From positions 883 through 64,882 of the forward strand of contig CAZIZK010000004.1 in NCBI GenBank assembly GCA_964544225.1: DNA of 64,000 bases, written 5' to 3'. Source of the stretch: an uncultured Candidatus Saccharibacteria bacterium (GTDB lineage Bacteria; Patescibacteriota; Minisyncoccia; Phycocordibacterales; UBA9973). Numbering within the stretch: the stretch's first letter is position 1; each line of letters starts with the position of its first letter. The notes beneath the pieces were generated by a model that ran no database searches, had not been told where the DNA came from, and was given only the letters and a program-made list of their open reading frames with translations. This document shows positions 1 through 10,300 of the stretch, one piece after another. Made by a program: the position numbers and the translations under genes.

Positions 1-1936
1 CCCTGATCAACGCCTTCTCGTCATTGAACATGAACTGGGCCAATGCCTTTGTCAACTCTGTCTTACCCACACCTGTTGGGCCTAGGAATATGAATGATCC
101 AATAGGCTTGTTTGGGTCTGATATACCTGCGCGACTACGTCGAACAACATCGGCAATTTTCCCTATTGCAATATCTTGGCCCACTACACGCTTGCGAAGT
201 TCGTCTTCCATATTTGCCAATTTCTCCCTCTCCTCCTCGAGCATCTTTACGAGTGGTATACCTGTCCATTGTGATACAACACTTGCTATATCTTCGGCAG
301 TGATCTCCTCCTTCAATATTCGGCGTGACTTTTGAAGCTTTTTTAATTTCAACAATCTTGCATCCAAATCCTTCTTTAGTCTTGGGATTTTATCATAACG
401 TATTTCCGCAGCACGAGTTAGGTCCGCGCGCATTTCAGCATTCTCACCCTCCAGCCTCAAAGCTTCGAGCTCCTTCTTTATACTTCTGATATCACCCACT
501 ACATCCTTCTCGTTCTTCCATTTCAATTCTAATTCACGAGTCTTTTCTTTTAAATTTGCTATTTCTTTTTCTATTTCTTTTATACGAATCTTTGTATGCT
601 GATTCTCCTTACTTGTACGAGAGTCGCTTGCAATCTCTTTTGTGAGAGCTTCCTTCTCTATTTCATAGCGCATGATCTTCCTATGTGCGTCTTCTAGTGG
701 TTGTGGCTTGTTCTCGAGTGCTATGCGTAGTGCAGATGAAGCCTCGTCTACCAAGTCCACAGCTTTGTCTGGCAAGTAACGATTTGTAATATATCGAGTA
801 GACAAATTAACAGCAGAAACTATCGCATCATCGGTGATACGGATACCATGGAACAATTCATACTTCTCCTTTAAACCACGAAGTATTGCAATAGTGTCCT
901 CTGGACTTGGCTCGTCTACGAACACTGGCTGGAAGCGTCGTGCAAGGGCTGGATCCTTCTCGATATGCTTCTGGTACTCCTTCAATGTTGTAGCACCAAT
1001 AGCGCGCAACTCACCACGGGCAAGCGCTGGCTTTAGCATATTGGAAGCGTCCAGGGACCCCTCGGCACTACCTGCACCTACGATTGTATGTATCTCGTCG
1101 ATAAACAATATTATCTTGCCATCGGCCTTCTCTATCTCCTTCATTATTCCACGAAGGCGTTCCTCGAACTCACCACGGTATTTTGTACCAGCAAGTAGTA
1201 ACCCTAGGTCCAGTGACACTACCTCCTTGTCCTTCAATGACTCTGTTACATCACCCTTTGCAATACGCTGGGCCAGGCCTTCTACTACTGCTGTCTTTCC
1301 AGTACCGGCCTCACCTATTAGTATTGGGTTATTCTTTGTACGGCGTGATAGTATCTGCATGATACGCATGATCTCGGTATCACGGCCTATAACTGGGTCG
1401 AGCTTGTCTTCACGAGCAAGCTTTGTCAGGCTACGAGTAAACTTTGTTAGCAAACGAGGTTTTTTATTTGGAGTTGTGTCTGCCATATTTTCATTCTTGA
1501 ACAAATCTAAAACACTTAGGACCCTTTCGCGGTCTATTTTAAATCTTGCTAGTAAGTCATGAGCCTCGCCTGGCACTTCGAGAAGTGATAGGAACAAATG
1601 CTCGGTAGACACGAACTCGTCCTTTAATATTGCAGCTACTTTGCCAGATTGTTCGATAACCTGGGCCAAGTCTGGAGTCAGATATATCTGGTACGATGGT
1701 GATACTGTATTCCTGTTCTCTGGTGACTCAATACCGTCGATAACATTGTCTGAAAGTAGCATTGTATCTATATCCATCTTTTCCAATACAGATATGATCA
1801 TAGAGTCCTCTTGTATTAGGAGTGCTGTGAGCAGGTGCATACAGTTCACATGGTTCTGACCACGTTCTATAGCCAGCTCGTGAGCTTTGCGGATGGCTTC
1901 TTTTGCTTTAGTTGTAAAATTATTGAATGGAGGCAT
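1..1936 (-). CDS. clpB: ATP-dependent chaperone ClpB (3' end runs off the window; absent from the ORF track)
   Basis: Manual translation from ATG at 1936: [30 protein letters not shown]. Contains KLDPVIGRD, Walker A GEAGTGKT, Walker B LFIDEIH, a coiled-coil middle domain and second Walker A GPTGVGKT. Confidence 0.93.
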   Translation of the reverse strand, partial: MPPFNNFTTKAKEAIRKAHELAIERGQNHVNCMHLLTALLIQEDSMIISVLEKMDIDTMLLSDNVIDGIESPENRNTVSPSYQIYLTPDLAQVIEQSGKVAAILKDEFVSTEHLFLSLLEVPGEAHDLLARFKIDRERVLSVLDLFKNENMADTTPNKKPRLLTKFTRSLTKLAREDKLDPVIGRDTEIMRIMQILSRRTKNNPILIGEAGTGKTAVVEGLAQRIAKGDVTESLKDKEVVSLDLGLLLAGTKYRGEFEERLRGIMKEIEKADGKIILFIDEIHTIVGAGSAEGSLDASNMLKPALARGELRAIGATTLKEYQKHIEKDPALARRFQPVFVDEPSPEDTIAILRGLKEKYELFHGIRITDDAIVSAVNLSTRYITNRYLPDKAVDLVDEASSALRIALENKPQPLEDAHRKIMRYEIEKEALTKEIASDSRTSKENQHTKIRIKEIEKEIANLKEKTRELELKWKNEKDVVGDIRSIKKELEALRLEGENAEMRADLTRAAEIRYDKIPRLKKDLDARLLKLKKLQKSRRILKEEITAEDIASVVSQWTGIPLVKMLEEEREKLANMEDELRKRVVGQDIAIGKIADVVRRSRAGISDPNKPIGSFIFLGPTGVGKTELTKALAQFMFNDEKALIR

Positions 1937-1981
1937 ATATTTTCAAATTAAATTAACAATTACAACTATCAGTATACAATA

Positions 1982-2518
1982 TTATTGCTTTACGTCAACA
2001 GTTGTGTTAGATGCACCTGAAGTATCTTTTTTTACTTCCGAAGATTTTGGAATGATTTGCAACAATGTAATACCGTTACCGAACTTCTTTAGAATTTTCG
2101 CTTCGAAATATTTGGTGTCGAGCTTTACAGTATATATTTCAAAACCATTTAATAATACAGAATCTATCATGATAAGCCCCATATCCGACACTACTACACC
2201 CTGACCTAGTGGGGTTGGCTCCTTTTGGGTTGTTGCATTTATATCGTATCCATCACTTGTAAAGTCGGAGTAGATATTTACCAGAGCATTGTTATCGGAT
2301 ACAGATACAATATTATCACCAGTACTAGTATTTGTTGTATCAGGGTTAGAAACATTCTGTATTGTACGTTCGATAATCCTATTTATAGTTTGCGGTACTG
2401 TCTGTGGCATCTTCTGCATGAGTGATACAGTCACTATACCGGTTGCAATAGATACAACAAAGCATATTAGCAATGTTAAAAGGACCATTTGTTGTTTATT
2501 TAAATCTTTTATTTCCAT
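1982..2518 (-). CDS. Membrane-anchored hypothetical protein, possibly a degenerate trypsin-like protease N-terminal part
   Basis: N-terminal TM helix; GQGVVVSDMGLI resembles the HtrA GSGxIxSxDGxI motif; no catalytic triad visible. Confidence 0.55.
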   Translation of the reverse strand: MEIKDLNKQQMVLLTLLICFVVSIATGIVTVSLMQKMPQTVPQTINRIIERTIQNVSNPDTTNTSTGDNIVSVSDNNALVNIYSDFTSDGYDINATTQKEPTPLGQGVVVSDMGLIMIDSVLLNGFEIYTVKLDTKYFEAKILKKFGNGITLLQIIPKSSEVKKDTSGASNTTVDVKQ

Positions 2519-2547
2519 ATATTTTTATTATAGCATAACTTATAAAT

Positions 2548-3747
2548 CTATTTCCAATTCTTGTATTTATTTAAAATATTTTCCAATATTTTAATAGTCT
2601 TCTTTATGTCAGACTTGGCTGTGTATCTACCAAGTGAGAAACGAATTGATTCAGAAGTAAATTTATCACCATTACGTATAGCGTTGATCACGTGCGAGTT
2701 CCCCTCTTCTTCGCTCTTGCACGCACTCTTGTTTGATACTTCGACCCCATGGGCATCGAGCTCGATCACGAGTAATTCGTGCGAGATACCTAATATAGAA
2801 ATATTTATATTATTTGGTAATCTATTTACCTTGTCGCCATTTATTTTTATTTTATAATCAACTCTGTTGCTTAGACTTTCTAATTCAGTAAAGAAATAAT
2901 CACGCAATACAGTTAACCGTGCCACTTCTTTATCTTTCATATCTTCTGTTATTTTCAACGCATGTGCCATACCCACAATACCTGGCACGTTCTCGGTGCC
3001 AGAACGTAGGCCATATTCCTGCCCACCACCTGCATATATTGGTGCAAGTTCCACACCCCTCTTCTTGTACAAGACTCCAACACCTTTTGGGCCGTATATC
3101 TTTGAGCCATTGAACGACATCATATCTACACCTAGCCTTTCAACATTGGAAATGTCTAGATAGTTCACAGCCTGACATGCGTCAGTGTGTAAGTATATTT
3201 GCTGTCCACCCTTCCTAATATTTCTTATTACTTTTGCTATTTCTTGTATTGGCTGAACAGTCCCTATTTCATTGTTGGCATACATTACTGAAACCAATAT
3301 TGTATTTTCTTTTATAGCATCACGAACTTTCTTTGGGTCTACTATGCCATCTGATTCCACTTCTATATAAGTTAATTCTGCCTTACCTTGCTTCTCCAGC
3401 ATTTTACAATTCTCAAGTACGGCTGAATGCTCGATATTAGTGGTAACAATATGAGGGATTTTAGTAGTATGTAAAAAGTAGTAATTAGCAAGCCCTATTA
3501 TAGCCAATGCATCGCTCTCGGTACCGCTTCCGGTAAAGATGATCTCGTCTGAATGGGCAAATATCAACTTTGCTATTTTGTTACGAGCATCACTTATAGC
3601 TTTTGATGCCTGAAGCCCGCTTTTGTGTATGGAACTTGGATTTGAAGACTTTTTGTTGAAGTACGGCAACATCGCTCGCAGGACCCTTGGGTCTTGCATA
3701 GTGGCAGAAGCATTGTCCACATATATTGTTTTATTAAAACCTCGCAT
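2548..3747 (-). CDS. iscS: Cysteine desulfurase (IscS/NifS family)
   Basis: YVDNASAT, NPSSIH, FTGSGTE, HTDACQ, PLP-lysine SKIYGPKG, RSGTEN, SAC catalytic Cys. Confidence 0.9.
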   Translation of the reverse strand: MRGFNKTIYVDNASATMQDPRVLRAMLPYFNKKSSNPSSIHKSGLQASKAISDARNKIAKLIFAHSDEIIFTGSGTESDALAIIGLANYYFLHTTKIPHIVTTNIEHSAVLENCKMLEKQGKAELTYIEVESDGIVDPKKVRDAIKENTILVSVMYANNEIGTVQPIQEIAKVIRNIRKGGQQIYLHTDACQAVNYLDISNVERLGVDMMSFNGSKIYGPKGVGVLYKKRGVELAPIYAGGGQEYGLRSGTENVPGIVGMAHALKITEDMKDKEVARLTVLRDYFFTELESLSNRVDYKIKINGDKVNRLPNNINISILGISHELLVIELDAHGVEVSNKSACKSEEEGNSHVINAIRNGDKFTSESIRFSLGRYTAKSDIKKTIKILENILNKYKNWK

Positions 3748-3804
3748 ATACAAAATATACCATATATTGTAAAAAACGCTCTTTTGCTATATACTCTTTA
3801 TCAT

Positions 3805-4251
3805 ATGAGTCTCCAACTAATCATATTCGCTATACTCGGTCTTTTTGTACTATTACTCATAGTACTAGTTATCAGACTCGAGGTACGATTCAAGAGATTG
3901 TTGATGGGTACAGGTGCAAAAGACCTAGAAGGTGTCATGAATACACTAGGCCACCATGTAGACAATTTACAAAAGACTCAAATAGAAATAAATAAACACC
4001 TCGAAGTTGTAGATAAAAGATTGGCAAAGAGCGTTCGCAACATAGAGACGATTCGATTCAACCCATTCCCCGACGCAGGGTCAAACCAGAGCTTTGCTAT
4101 TGCTATGCTTAACGATGAAGGCGACGGAGTTGTTATATCTAGCCTGTATGCTCGTGACCGTATGAGTGTATTTGCAAAAGAGATAAAGAAGGGTGCCTCT
4201 GTACAAGAACTTTCCGAAGAAGAGAGTGACGTATTAAAGAAAGCAAAATAA
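3805..4251 (+). CDS. DUF4446 family membrane-anchored protein
   Basis: N-terminal TM; RFNPF...SFAIAML...GVVISSLYARD...FAK motif. Start moved to ATG 3805. Confidence 0.75.
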   Translation: MSLQLIIFAILGLFVLLLIVLVIRLEVRFKRLLMGTGAKDLEGVMNTLGHHVDNLQKTQIEINKHLEVVDKRLAKSVRNIETIRFNPFPDAGSNQSFAIAMLNDEGDGVVISSLYARDRMSVFAKEIKKGASVQELSEEESDVLKKAK

Positions 4252-4256
4252 ATTAT

Positions 4257-5792
4257 ATGCAAAAAGAAGACACTACACACAATACATCTGTGCGTTCACC
4301 TGTTGTTGTTATCATGGGGCATGTTGACCATGGCAAAAGTACGCTACTAGACTACATAAGAAAGACAAATATTGTCGCAGGCGAGGCTGGTGGTATCACA
4401 CAGCATATTTCTGCATACGAGGTAAGTCACAAAGACCCCGAAGCAAAGAGTACTTCCAACGGGGCAGGTGAAAATGGTATGAGGAAGATCACATTTCTAG
4501 ACACACCAGGGCACGAAGCATTTTCCAAGATGCGTACTCGTGGTGCAAACACTGCCGATATTGCGATATTGGTTGTGTCTGCCGAAGATTCCGTAAAAGC
4601 TCAGACCATGGAAGCTTGGAATACTATCATTGAAAGTAAGATTCCGTATATAGTAGCTATCAATAAAATAGACAAGCCAAATGCAAACCTAGAAAAGACA
4701 AAGATGGACCTATTGGAAAAAGGTATCTACCTCGAGGGCCTAGGTGGTGATGTGCCATTTGTGCCGATCTCTGCAAAGGTGGGTACAGGGGTAGATGAAT
4801 TGCTAGACATGATCCTGCTTGTAGCAGACTTGTCAGCATTTACTGGTAACAAGAACATACCAGCCGAAGGTGTTATCATCGAGAGTCACCGCGACCCAAA
4901 GCGTGGCATATCTGCAACAGGTATTATAAAGGATGGTACTGTGAAGAACGGTATGTTCGTAGTGTCTGGCACATCGATAGTTGCGACACGCATTATGGAG
5001 AACTTTATGGGTAAGGCGGTGAAAGAACTCTCCTTCTCGTCACCTATTTGCCTAACAGGCTTCGACAGTGTACCTGAAGTGGGTAATGCTTTTAAAACTT
5101 TCGACAATAAAAAAGATGCCGAGAAATATATCGAAGAATATAAAGATGGTCAGGAAAAGAACTCGAACATATCTGAATCGAAAGCAAACAAGACTATCCC
5201 TATCATAATCAAGACCGATGTGTCAGGAACTATCGAAGCATTGGAAAAAGAGATCGAAAAGATGGCGACCGATGATATTGCTTATCGTATTATCAATAAA
5301 GGCGTAGGCAATATTGGTGAGAGCGACTTAAAGAGTGCTGGTATAGACACCGAGTGTGTAATAGTAGGCTTCAATGTAAAGCTTGAACCAAATGCCCGCG
5401 ACCTGAATGAGTCACTTCATATCAATGTGCAGACTTTTGATATTATTTATAAACTTACTGATTACTTGAAAGAATTGATCGAGGAGCGTCGCCCTCGCCA
5501 CGAGACACTAGATATACTAGGCAAGTTAAAGATACTAAAGACATTTAGTACTACAAAGACTATCCACGTAGTGGGTGGCCGTGTTACAGAGGGTCGTGTA
5601 GGTGATGGCAACAATGTGCGTATAATGCGTGCAGATGAAGAAATAGGTCGTGGCAAGATATCGGGCCTACAACAAGGCAAGATCAAAGCAAAGGAGGTTC
5701 TAGATGGCACAGAGTGTGGTGTATCTGTAGATACAAAGATAGACTTGCAAGGCGGTGATGTATTAGAAGCTTTTAATATAGTAATAAAATAA
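4257..5792 (+). CDS. infB: Translation initiation factor IF-2 (short form without N-terminal extension)
   Basis: [40 protein letters not shown]. Confidence 0.97.
   Translation: MQKEDTTHNTSVRSPVVVIMGHVDHGKSTLLDYIRKTNIVAGEAGGITQHISAYEVSHKDPEAKSTSNGAGENGMRKITFLDTPGHEAFSKMRTRGANTADIAILVVSAEDSVKAQTMEAWNTIIESKIPYIVAINKIDKPNANLEKTKMDLLEKGIYLEGLGGDVPFVPISAKVGTGVDELLDMILLVADLSAFTGNKNIPAEGVIIESHRDPKRGISATGIIKDGTVKNGMFVVSGTSIVATRIMENFMGKAVKELSFSSPICLTGFDSVPEVGNAFKTFDNKKDAEKYIEEYKDGQEKNSNISESKANKTIPIIIKTDVSGTIEALEKEIEKMATDDIAYRIINKGVGNIGESDLKSAGIDTECVIVGFNVKLEPNARDLNESLHINVQTFDIIYKLTDYLKELIEERRPRHETLDILGKLKILKTFSTTKTIHVVGGRVTEGRVGDGNNVRIMRADEEIGRGKISGLQQGKIKAKEVLDGTECGVSVDTKIDLQGGDVLEAFNIVIK
4436..4465 (+). 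repeat. Short in-frame palindromic insert in infB (CCCCG...CGGGG)
   Basis: ccccgaagcaaagagtacttccaacggggc encodes [10 protein letters not shown]; its 3' arm TTCCAACGGG resembles the TTCTAACGGG repeat end. Confidence 0.5.
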
Positions 5793-5795
5793 TTT

Positions 5796-6119
5796 ATGTC
5801 AGAATATAGAAATGAAAAAGTAGCCAACCATATCCGTGAACTTGCAGCCACATTTATCGAGCGCGAGGGTGGTAACACGTCCATAATCACAGTGACTCGT
5901 GTCATGCTTGCCCCAGGTGGTAAACATGCAACTATAATGATATCGGTATTACCGAGGGATAAGGAAAAGGCGGCCTTTGGCTTCATAAAGCGCAACCTAG
6001 GTGAGATGAGGAAATATGTTCAGAAGGGGCTAAAGATAAACCCAATTCCCTACTTGGATGTAGAGATAGACGAAGGTGAAAAGAATAGACAGAGGGTAGA
6101 TGAGTTGTTGAGGGAATAG
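5796..6119 (+). CDS. rbfA: Ribosome-binding factor A
   Basis: Directly after infB; ITVTRV, IPYLDVEID-like C-terminal motif, 107 aa. Confidence 0.88.
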   Translation: MSEYRNEKVANHIRELAATFIEREGGNTSIITVTRVMLAPGGKHATIMISVLPRDKEKAAFGFIKRNLGEMRKYVQKGLKINPIPYLDVEIDEGEKNRQRVDELLRE

Positions 6120-6168
6120 TTGATAAAGGTTGCAACTTGCGATATAGTTAAAAAACGTGTAATATAAT

Positions 6169-6240
6169 GGCGTGGTGGCGAAGTGGTAACGCTTCGGTCT
6201 GCAAAACCGACATGCGCGGGTTCAATTCCCGCCCACGCCT
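6169..6240 (+). tRNA. tRNA-Cys(GCA)
   Basis: Acceptor GGCGTGG/CCACGCC, anticodon loop CT-GCA-AA, T-loop GGTTCAATTCC. Confidence 0.95.
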
Positions 6241-6261
6241 CAGGTTTTTGTTTTTATATAT

Positions 6262-6343
6262 GCTGGAGTGGCGGAATTGGTATACGCGCTAGTCTTAGGA
6301 ACTAGTACCGAAAGGTTTAGGAGTTCAAGTCTCCTCTCCAGCA
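6262..6343 (+). tRNA. tRNA-Leu(TAG)
   Basis: Acceptor GCTGGAG/CTCCAGC, anticodon arm CTAGT-CTTAGGA-ACTAG, variable arm, GTTCAAGTC. Confidence 0.95.
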
Positions 6344-6461
6344 CATTTACAAGAGTAAAATTTTGTAAAAAAGTTTTTAAAAATATTTGCCCTGTTATGC
6401 TGTTTTGGTAGATAACAGAATATGTGGTAAATGGTTTAGATAATGTAGAATAATTAAATAC

Positions 6462-6534
6462 GCCCTGTTAGCTCAGCTGGTAGAGCAGCTCCCTCTTAAG
6501 GAGAAGGTCGTAGGTTCGATCCCTACACGGGGCA
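6462..6534 (+). tRNA. tRNA-Lys(CTT)
   Basis: Acceptor GCCCTGT/ACGGGGC, D-arm AGCTCAGCTGGTAGAGC, loop CT-CTT-AA, GGTTCGATCC. Confidence 0.95.
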
Positions 6535-6562
6535 CAAAGAAAAAGTGTGCTTTTTCTTCCTT

Positions 6563-6646
6563 GCCCGAGTGGTGTAATTGGTAGCCACGAGAGACTTAAA
6601 ATTTCTTGACCTTACGGTCGTGTGGGTTCAAGTCCCACCTCGGGCA
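6563..6646 (+). tRNA. tRNA-Leu(TAA)
   Basis: Acceptor GCCCGAG/CTCGGGC, loop CT-TAA-AA, variable arm, GGTTCAAGTCC. Confidence 0.95.
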
Positions 6647-6742
6647 CAATACGAAACCCTTATCGGGTTTTTTATTTTGTCTAATACAATAATTACCTCA
6701 ATATTATCCTTATTATATAAGGTTAATTCCCCTATTTTATAC

Positions 6743-6771
6743 TTGACTTTTCTACCGTTTTGGTGTATAAT
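6743..6771 (+). promoter_or_regulatory. Sigma70-type promoter for the 6794-8496 gene pair
   Basis: TTGACT-17 bp-TATAAT. Confidence 0.7.
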
Positions 6772-6793
6772 ATGTAAAAATTGATAAAAGAAT

Positions 6794-8044
6794 ATGACAA
6801 CAGATCATGAACACGATGACCACGGCCACGGAAGTGGGACGACATCAAACAGCTTTAAAAGAGATACTTATGATATCTTTATCATAGTATTAATCTTCGG
6901 TATTTCAATACTTATGGTTTTATTTGGCAACTTTGCCTTACAAATCAGCGGTATTGGATTCTTTATTATCTCGGGCATATGTTATGCACGAGATTTCGTA
7001 CAGGTGCCTAACCACCCACCATACCTATTCCTAATCACACGATTAGGAAAAAAAATGTGGAAGGAAAAAGATGGCAGGTTAGTACCTGCTTATCTAGGTG
7101 AAGGTCTAGGCAAACTTCGACTCAAAGGTATCCTTGAAAGTGGTATTTTAATTAGTACCAAAAAAGAGGATATTGATTTTGACTCTCAAAAGTTAATGAC
7201 ACCAGATGACGGTGAGGTAAATGTTTCCTTCTCTCTTTCTTATAAAGTCGACAAGGATAACTTGGCGAACTTTATCAATATCGGGGAACAGAAAGGTTTC
7301 CGTGATATGATCCAACAAATCAAAGATGAGAAGCTCCGTACTTGGAGTGGAAATGCTCACGAAGGCCCCCAAACATGGGAAGAGTTAAAAGAGTCCGGTG
7401 ACATTGCTATTGCTATTTTAGTAAAAGGTATCTGTGGTGATTCTATGGGTCGTGTACATACAGAAATTCCAACTTCGGAATTAATCATGTATAAGACGGG
7501 TAGGATTCCATCAAACCCAAAAATGCGTGAGAAGTGGGGTGACGGTAGAACTGAAGGCGATTATGAATCTGCTGAAAAATGGCAAGGGCTTTTAACAAAA
7601 GTACATGCCCTTCCTGAAACAGAACAGGACGCTTTATGGAAAGCTGTAGACGAAAGGATTGAACTCATTAAAAAGATCCGCGGTGGAAGTGGTTCATGGC
7701 CTATTCCCCACATGGGAGTATTACTAACCAGAGCAAATCTGGGTGAAATGCTTCCTGTGATGGAAAACAAAGTAGTTCAAGCTTCTCTTAAACTAAAAGA
7801 AGAAGAACGTGAACGTCAAGCCGAGAACTATGAGATTCAAACAGATCTTAATAAAGCAGCAGCTTTGCAAAAGAAAATCAAAGATACATCTGGTGAAGAT
7901 GTGTCCATTGATGCTTGTATGAACCAAATCATGAAATGGAAGATGATCCGCGAGGGCCATGGATACGTTTATGATGGTTCCATGGGTTCTATTGCGGGTT
8001 TTGCTGACATGTTCAGTTCTATTATGAAAGGAGCCAAGTCATGA
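6794..8044 (+). CDS. SPFH/band-7-like membrane protein with His-rich N-terminus
   Basis: Two N-terminal TMs; QKLMTPDDGEVNVSFSLSYKVD resembles the SPFH core; C-terminal coiled coil. Confidence 0.6.
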   Translation: MTTDHEHDDHGHGSGTTSNSFKRDTYDIFIIVLIFGISILMVLFGNFALQISGIGFFIISGICYARDFVQVPNHPPYLFLITRLGKKMWKEKDGRLVPAYLGEGLGKLRLKGILESGILISTKKEDIDFDSQKLMTPDDGEVNVSFSLSYKVDKDNLANFINIGEQKGFRDMIQQIKDEKLRTWSGNAHEGPQTWEELKESGDIAIAILVKGICGDSMGRVHTEIPTSELIMYKTGRIPSNPKMREKWGDGRTEGDYESAEKWQGLLTKVHALPETEQDALWKAVDERIELIKKIRGGSGSWPIPHMGVLLTRANLGEMLPVMENKVVQASLKLKEEERERQAENYEIQTDLNKAAALQKKIKDTSGEDVSIDACMNQIMKWKMIREGHGYVYDGSMGSIAGFADMFSSIMKGAKS

Positions 8045-8496
8045 GTGGCGGTCACGACGATCATGGGCATGATGATCATGCAGCACCAGCATCTACAGCA
8101 AGTGCTACACCTACTCTTGGTGGAACACCGAAGTGGATTGGTTGGATTATCGCAGTAGCTGTTATACTCCTTTTACTGGTACTTCTTTTTACTTGGAAAC
8201 CTTGGAATAATTCTGAATCCGAGTCAAAAAAAGAAGATTCAAAAAAGGAACAAGTGTTAAAAAGAAAAGTGGAATCTATCAGCATAGATCCTCTTGGAGA
8301 AAGAACATTTGATGTCCCTTTTGGTTGGAATTATCACATAGAAAGTGGTGATTACAATTACGAGGACAACCTCACTGATAGTGGCCTAGACGGAACTTCA
8401 GAAAACAAACGTGGACAATCTGTAAAGTGGTTTAAACTACAGAACAGAACATCTAACGTGTTGGAGGTTACAATCATTTGGAATCAACAATTCTAG
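8041..8496 (+). CDS. Single-pass membrane protein with His/Asp-rich N-terminus
   Basis: ATGA overlap with the upstream gene; MSGGHDDHGHDDH followed by a TM helix. Confidence 0.7.
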   Translation: MSGGHDDHGHDDHAAPASTASATPTLGGTPKWIGWIIAVAVILLLLVLLFTWKPWNNSESESKKEDSKKEQVLKRKVESISIDPLGERTFDVPFGWNYHIESGDYNYEDNLTDSGLDGTSENKRGQSVKWFKLQNRTSNVLEVTIIWNQQF

Positions 8497-8555
8497 CTCT
8501 TTCGAACCATACCAATTATCAGTTTGGTATAGGTGGTAAACAAATTACTGATAGC

Positions 8556-8587
8556 AAAAAGGCGCCCCGTATGGAGCGCCTTTTTTT
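8556..8587. terminator. Bidirectional intrinsic terminator
   Basis: AAAAAGGCGC-cccgtatgga-GCGCCTTTTTTT between convergent genes. Confidence 0.75.
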
Positions 8588-8598
8588 ATACCTGCATA

Positions 8599-8916
8599 TT
8601 ATTTATTGATCTGTATCTGTCCTGTGTCGTTTATGTTTATCCTCTTCTCGCCTACTGTGTTGAGTATTATTCGCATAATACCGAACACTGCAATCATGAT
8701 AAACAATCCGACAACACCCCACATCATATGGCTCTTGCTAGTCTTACGAATTTCTTCACTATCGGGGTTCATAAGGTACTGCACTATACCGTATAGGAAT
8801 ATTACCAGCGCCAATGCAAACAGCAGGAATATAATAGGGTTTATTATTACCCTCTCGATACTGGACATAAGAGTTCCAATACTAGCCTCTGCTTGTGGTA
8901 CAAAACCAATATTCAT
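8599..8916 (-). CDS. TrbC/VirB2-like pilin family protein
   Basis: Two hydrophobic helices joined by EEIRKTSKSHMMWGVVGL. Confidence 0.7.
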   Translation of the reverse strand: MNIGFVPQAEASIGTLMSSIERVIINPIIFLLFALALVIFLYGIVQYLMNPDSEEIRKTSKSHMMWGVVGLFIMIAVFGIMRIILNTVGEKRININDTGQIQINK

Positions 8917-8921
8917 TATCT

Positions 8922-9284
8922 TTAGCAGTATATACCTGCAGCTGGGTTAGGGATACAAGGAATCTGTGATGGGTCAAGGCGTGTAGCACCAACACCAAAT
9001 GTGTTAGTTACCAAGTTCACGATACCCCAGAAAGCGATGATAACGAACAAACCGATAAGGCCCTGGATTATCTTGCCACGAGCACCCTTCTTTGCTTCTT
9101 CGTCTGATGATACAGTGTACTGTATAACACCCCAGATAAAGTAAACCACAGCAAGAGTTATAAGAACTGGAATGATGTAGTTTAGTAATGTCTGGATTTG
9201 CAATATAACACTACGTGCGTCTGCAGCAAATGCAAGGAACGGTGTAAATGCCAAAACAGAACCAAATGAAATAACTTTTTTCAT
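8922..9284 (-). CDS. TrbC/VirB2-like pilin family protein
   Basis: Signal peptide, FIWGVIQY...EEAKKGARGKIIQGLIGL. Confidence 0.75.
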   Translation of the reverse strand: MKKVISFGSVLAFTPFLAFAADARSVILQIQTLLNYIIPVLITLAVVYFIWGVIQYTVSSDEEAKKGARGKIIQGLIGLFVIIAFWGIVNLVTNTFGVGATRLDPSQIPCIPNPAAGIYC

Positions 9285-9371
9285 ATTTATAAATTTAAAA
9301 CTTAATAATAAACGCGACCTAATAATAATATTGATTCTTTCTGCAAATGCAGATAAAATTTTACCCTCTTA

Positions 9372-9695
9372 TTATACCATATAACCTGGTATGAAAGACA
9401 ATATAGAGAGCTGTGGAATAAAGGTATTCAGGCCAAATGTAGCTGCCAGTATCTTCACTATACCCCACACTGCCACCATGAAGAATAGTGATATAAGTCC
9501 CCACATTACAAAGGTTTTACCCTTCTTGCGGGCCTCCTCATTGGTCGGGTTCAGTAGTGTCTGAACTATACCCCATATAAATGCTGCTACCGCAAGGGCA
9601 AACAGCATCGGTACTATATAGCCGACGAGTGAACAGCTAATAAAGTTGATTATTCCATGCAAGGCACTGAAGCTATTTACGGCGCAATTAGGCAT
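9372..9695 (-). CDS. TrbC/VirB2-like pilin family protein
   Basis: FIWGIVQ...EEARKKGKTFVMWGLISL. Confidence 0.72.
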   Translation of the reverse strand: MPNCAVNSFSALHGIINFISCSLVGYIVPMLFALAVAAFIWGIVQTLLNPTNEEARKKGKTFVMWGLISLFFMVAVWGIVKILAATFGLNTFIPQLSILSFIPGYMV

Positions 9696-9741
9696 TTTAG
9701 AAATTTATTTTAAAATATTAATAATACAATTATATCACAAC

Positions 9742-10299
9742 TTATTGCGACAATGGTGGCAGATATGTGTCCAGGCCAAAAGTGCTAGTAAATATCTTCA
9801 CTATCCCCCATATAGATGTGATCACTACTAGTGCTATAAGGCCCCACATTATAAATTCTTTACCCTTCTTGCGGGCCTCCTCATTGGTCGGGTTCAGTAG
9901 TGTCTGTATTACTCCCCACATAAATGATACTATAGCAAGCGTTACAATAGCTGGTACTATGAATCCTGTGATAGTACATGTCACAAGGCTCACCACCTCG
10001 TTTACATTGCTCGATTTTAGGTTCGAACATAGTGGCATCTTTGCTACACTCAATGACTGCTGGCCTGGTTGCAATGTACCTGTACCATTAGGTGTGCCAT
10101 CCGCATTTAGAAGTGCAGTCCCATTTGCTTGCCCATCGGCATTTATAGTTCCATTCTTTTGAACCTGAGTTGCTGTACCACTGCGTATAGTCGATGGACC
10201 AGGAAGTATCAGGGCCTGTGCATCATACACAGGCAATACACAAGACCCTACAACTAATACGAGGGCAAGTGCTATAGAAAGTTTTTTGAAAGTTTTCAT
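9742..10299 (-). CDS. TrbC/VirB2-like pilin with N-terminal extension
   Basis: Signal peptide, low-complexity linker, FMWGVIQ...EEARKKGKEFIMWGLIAL. Confidence 0.72.
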   Translation of the reverse strand: MKTFKKLSIALALVLVVGSCVLPVYDAQALILPGPSTIRSGTATQVQKNGTINADGQANGTALLNADGTPNGTGTLQPGQQSLSVAKMPLCSNLKSSNVNEVVSLVTCTITGFIVPAIVTLAIVSFMWGVIQTLLNPTNEEARKKGKEFIMWGLIALVVITSIWGIVKIFTSTFGLDTYLPPLSQ

Positions 10300-10300
10300 A

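Noticed and set aside
24-2204. Plus-strand ORFs such as 834-1562 (242 aa)
   Set aside because: Antisense shadows of clpB and its neighbour; the same applies to shadow ORFs over gyrA, guaB, secA, the P-type ATPase and others.
8041-8044. Alternative genetic code (TGA=Gly, as in Gracilibacteria/Absconditabacteria)
   Set aside because: Conserved genes translate full length in code 11 and TGA acts as a stop in the ATGA overlap.
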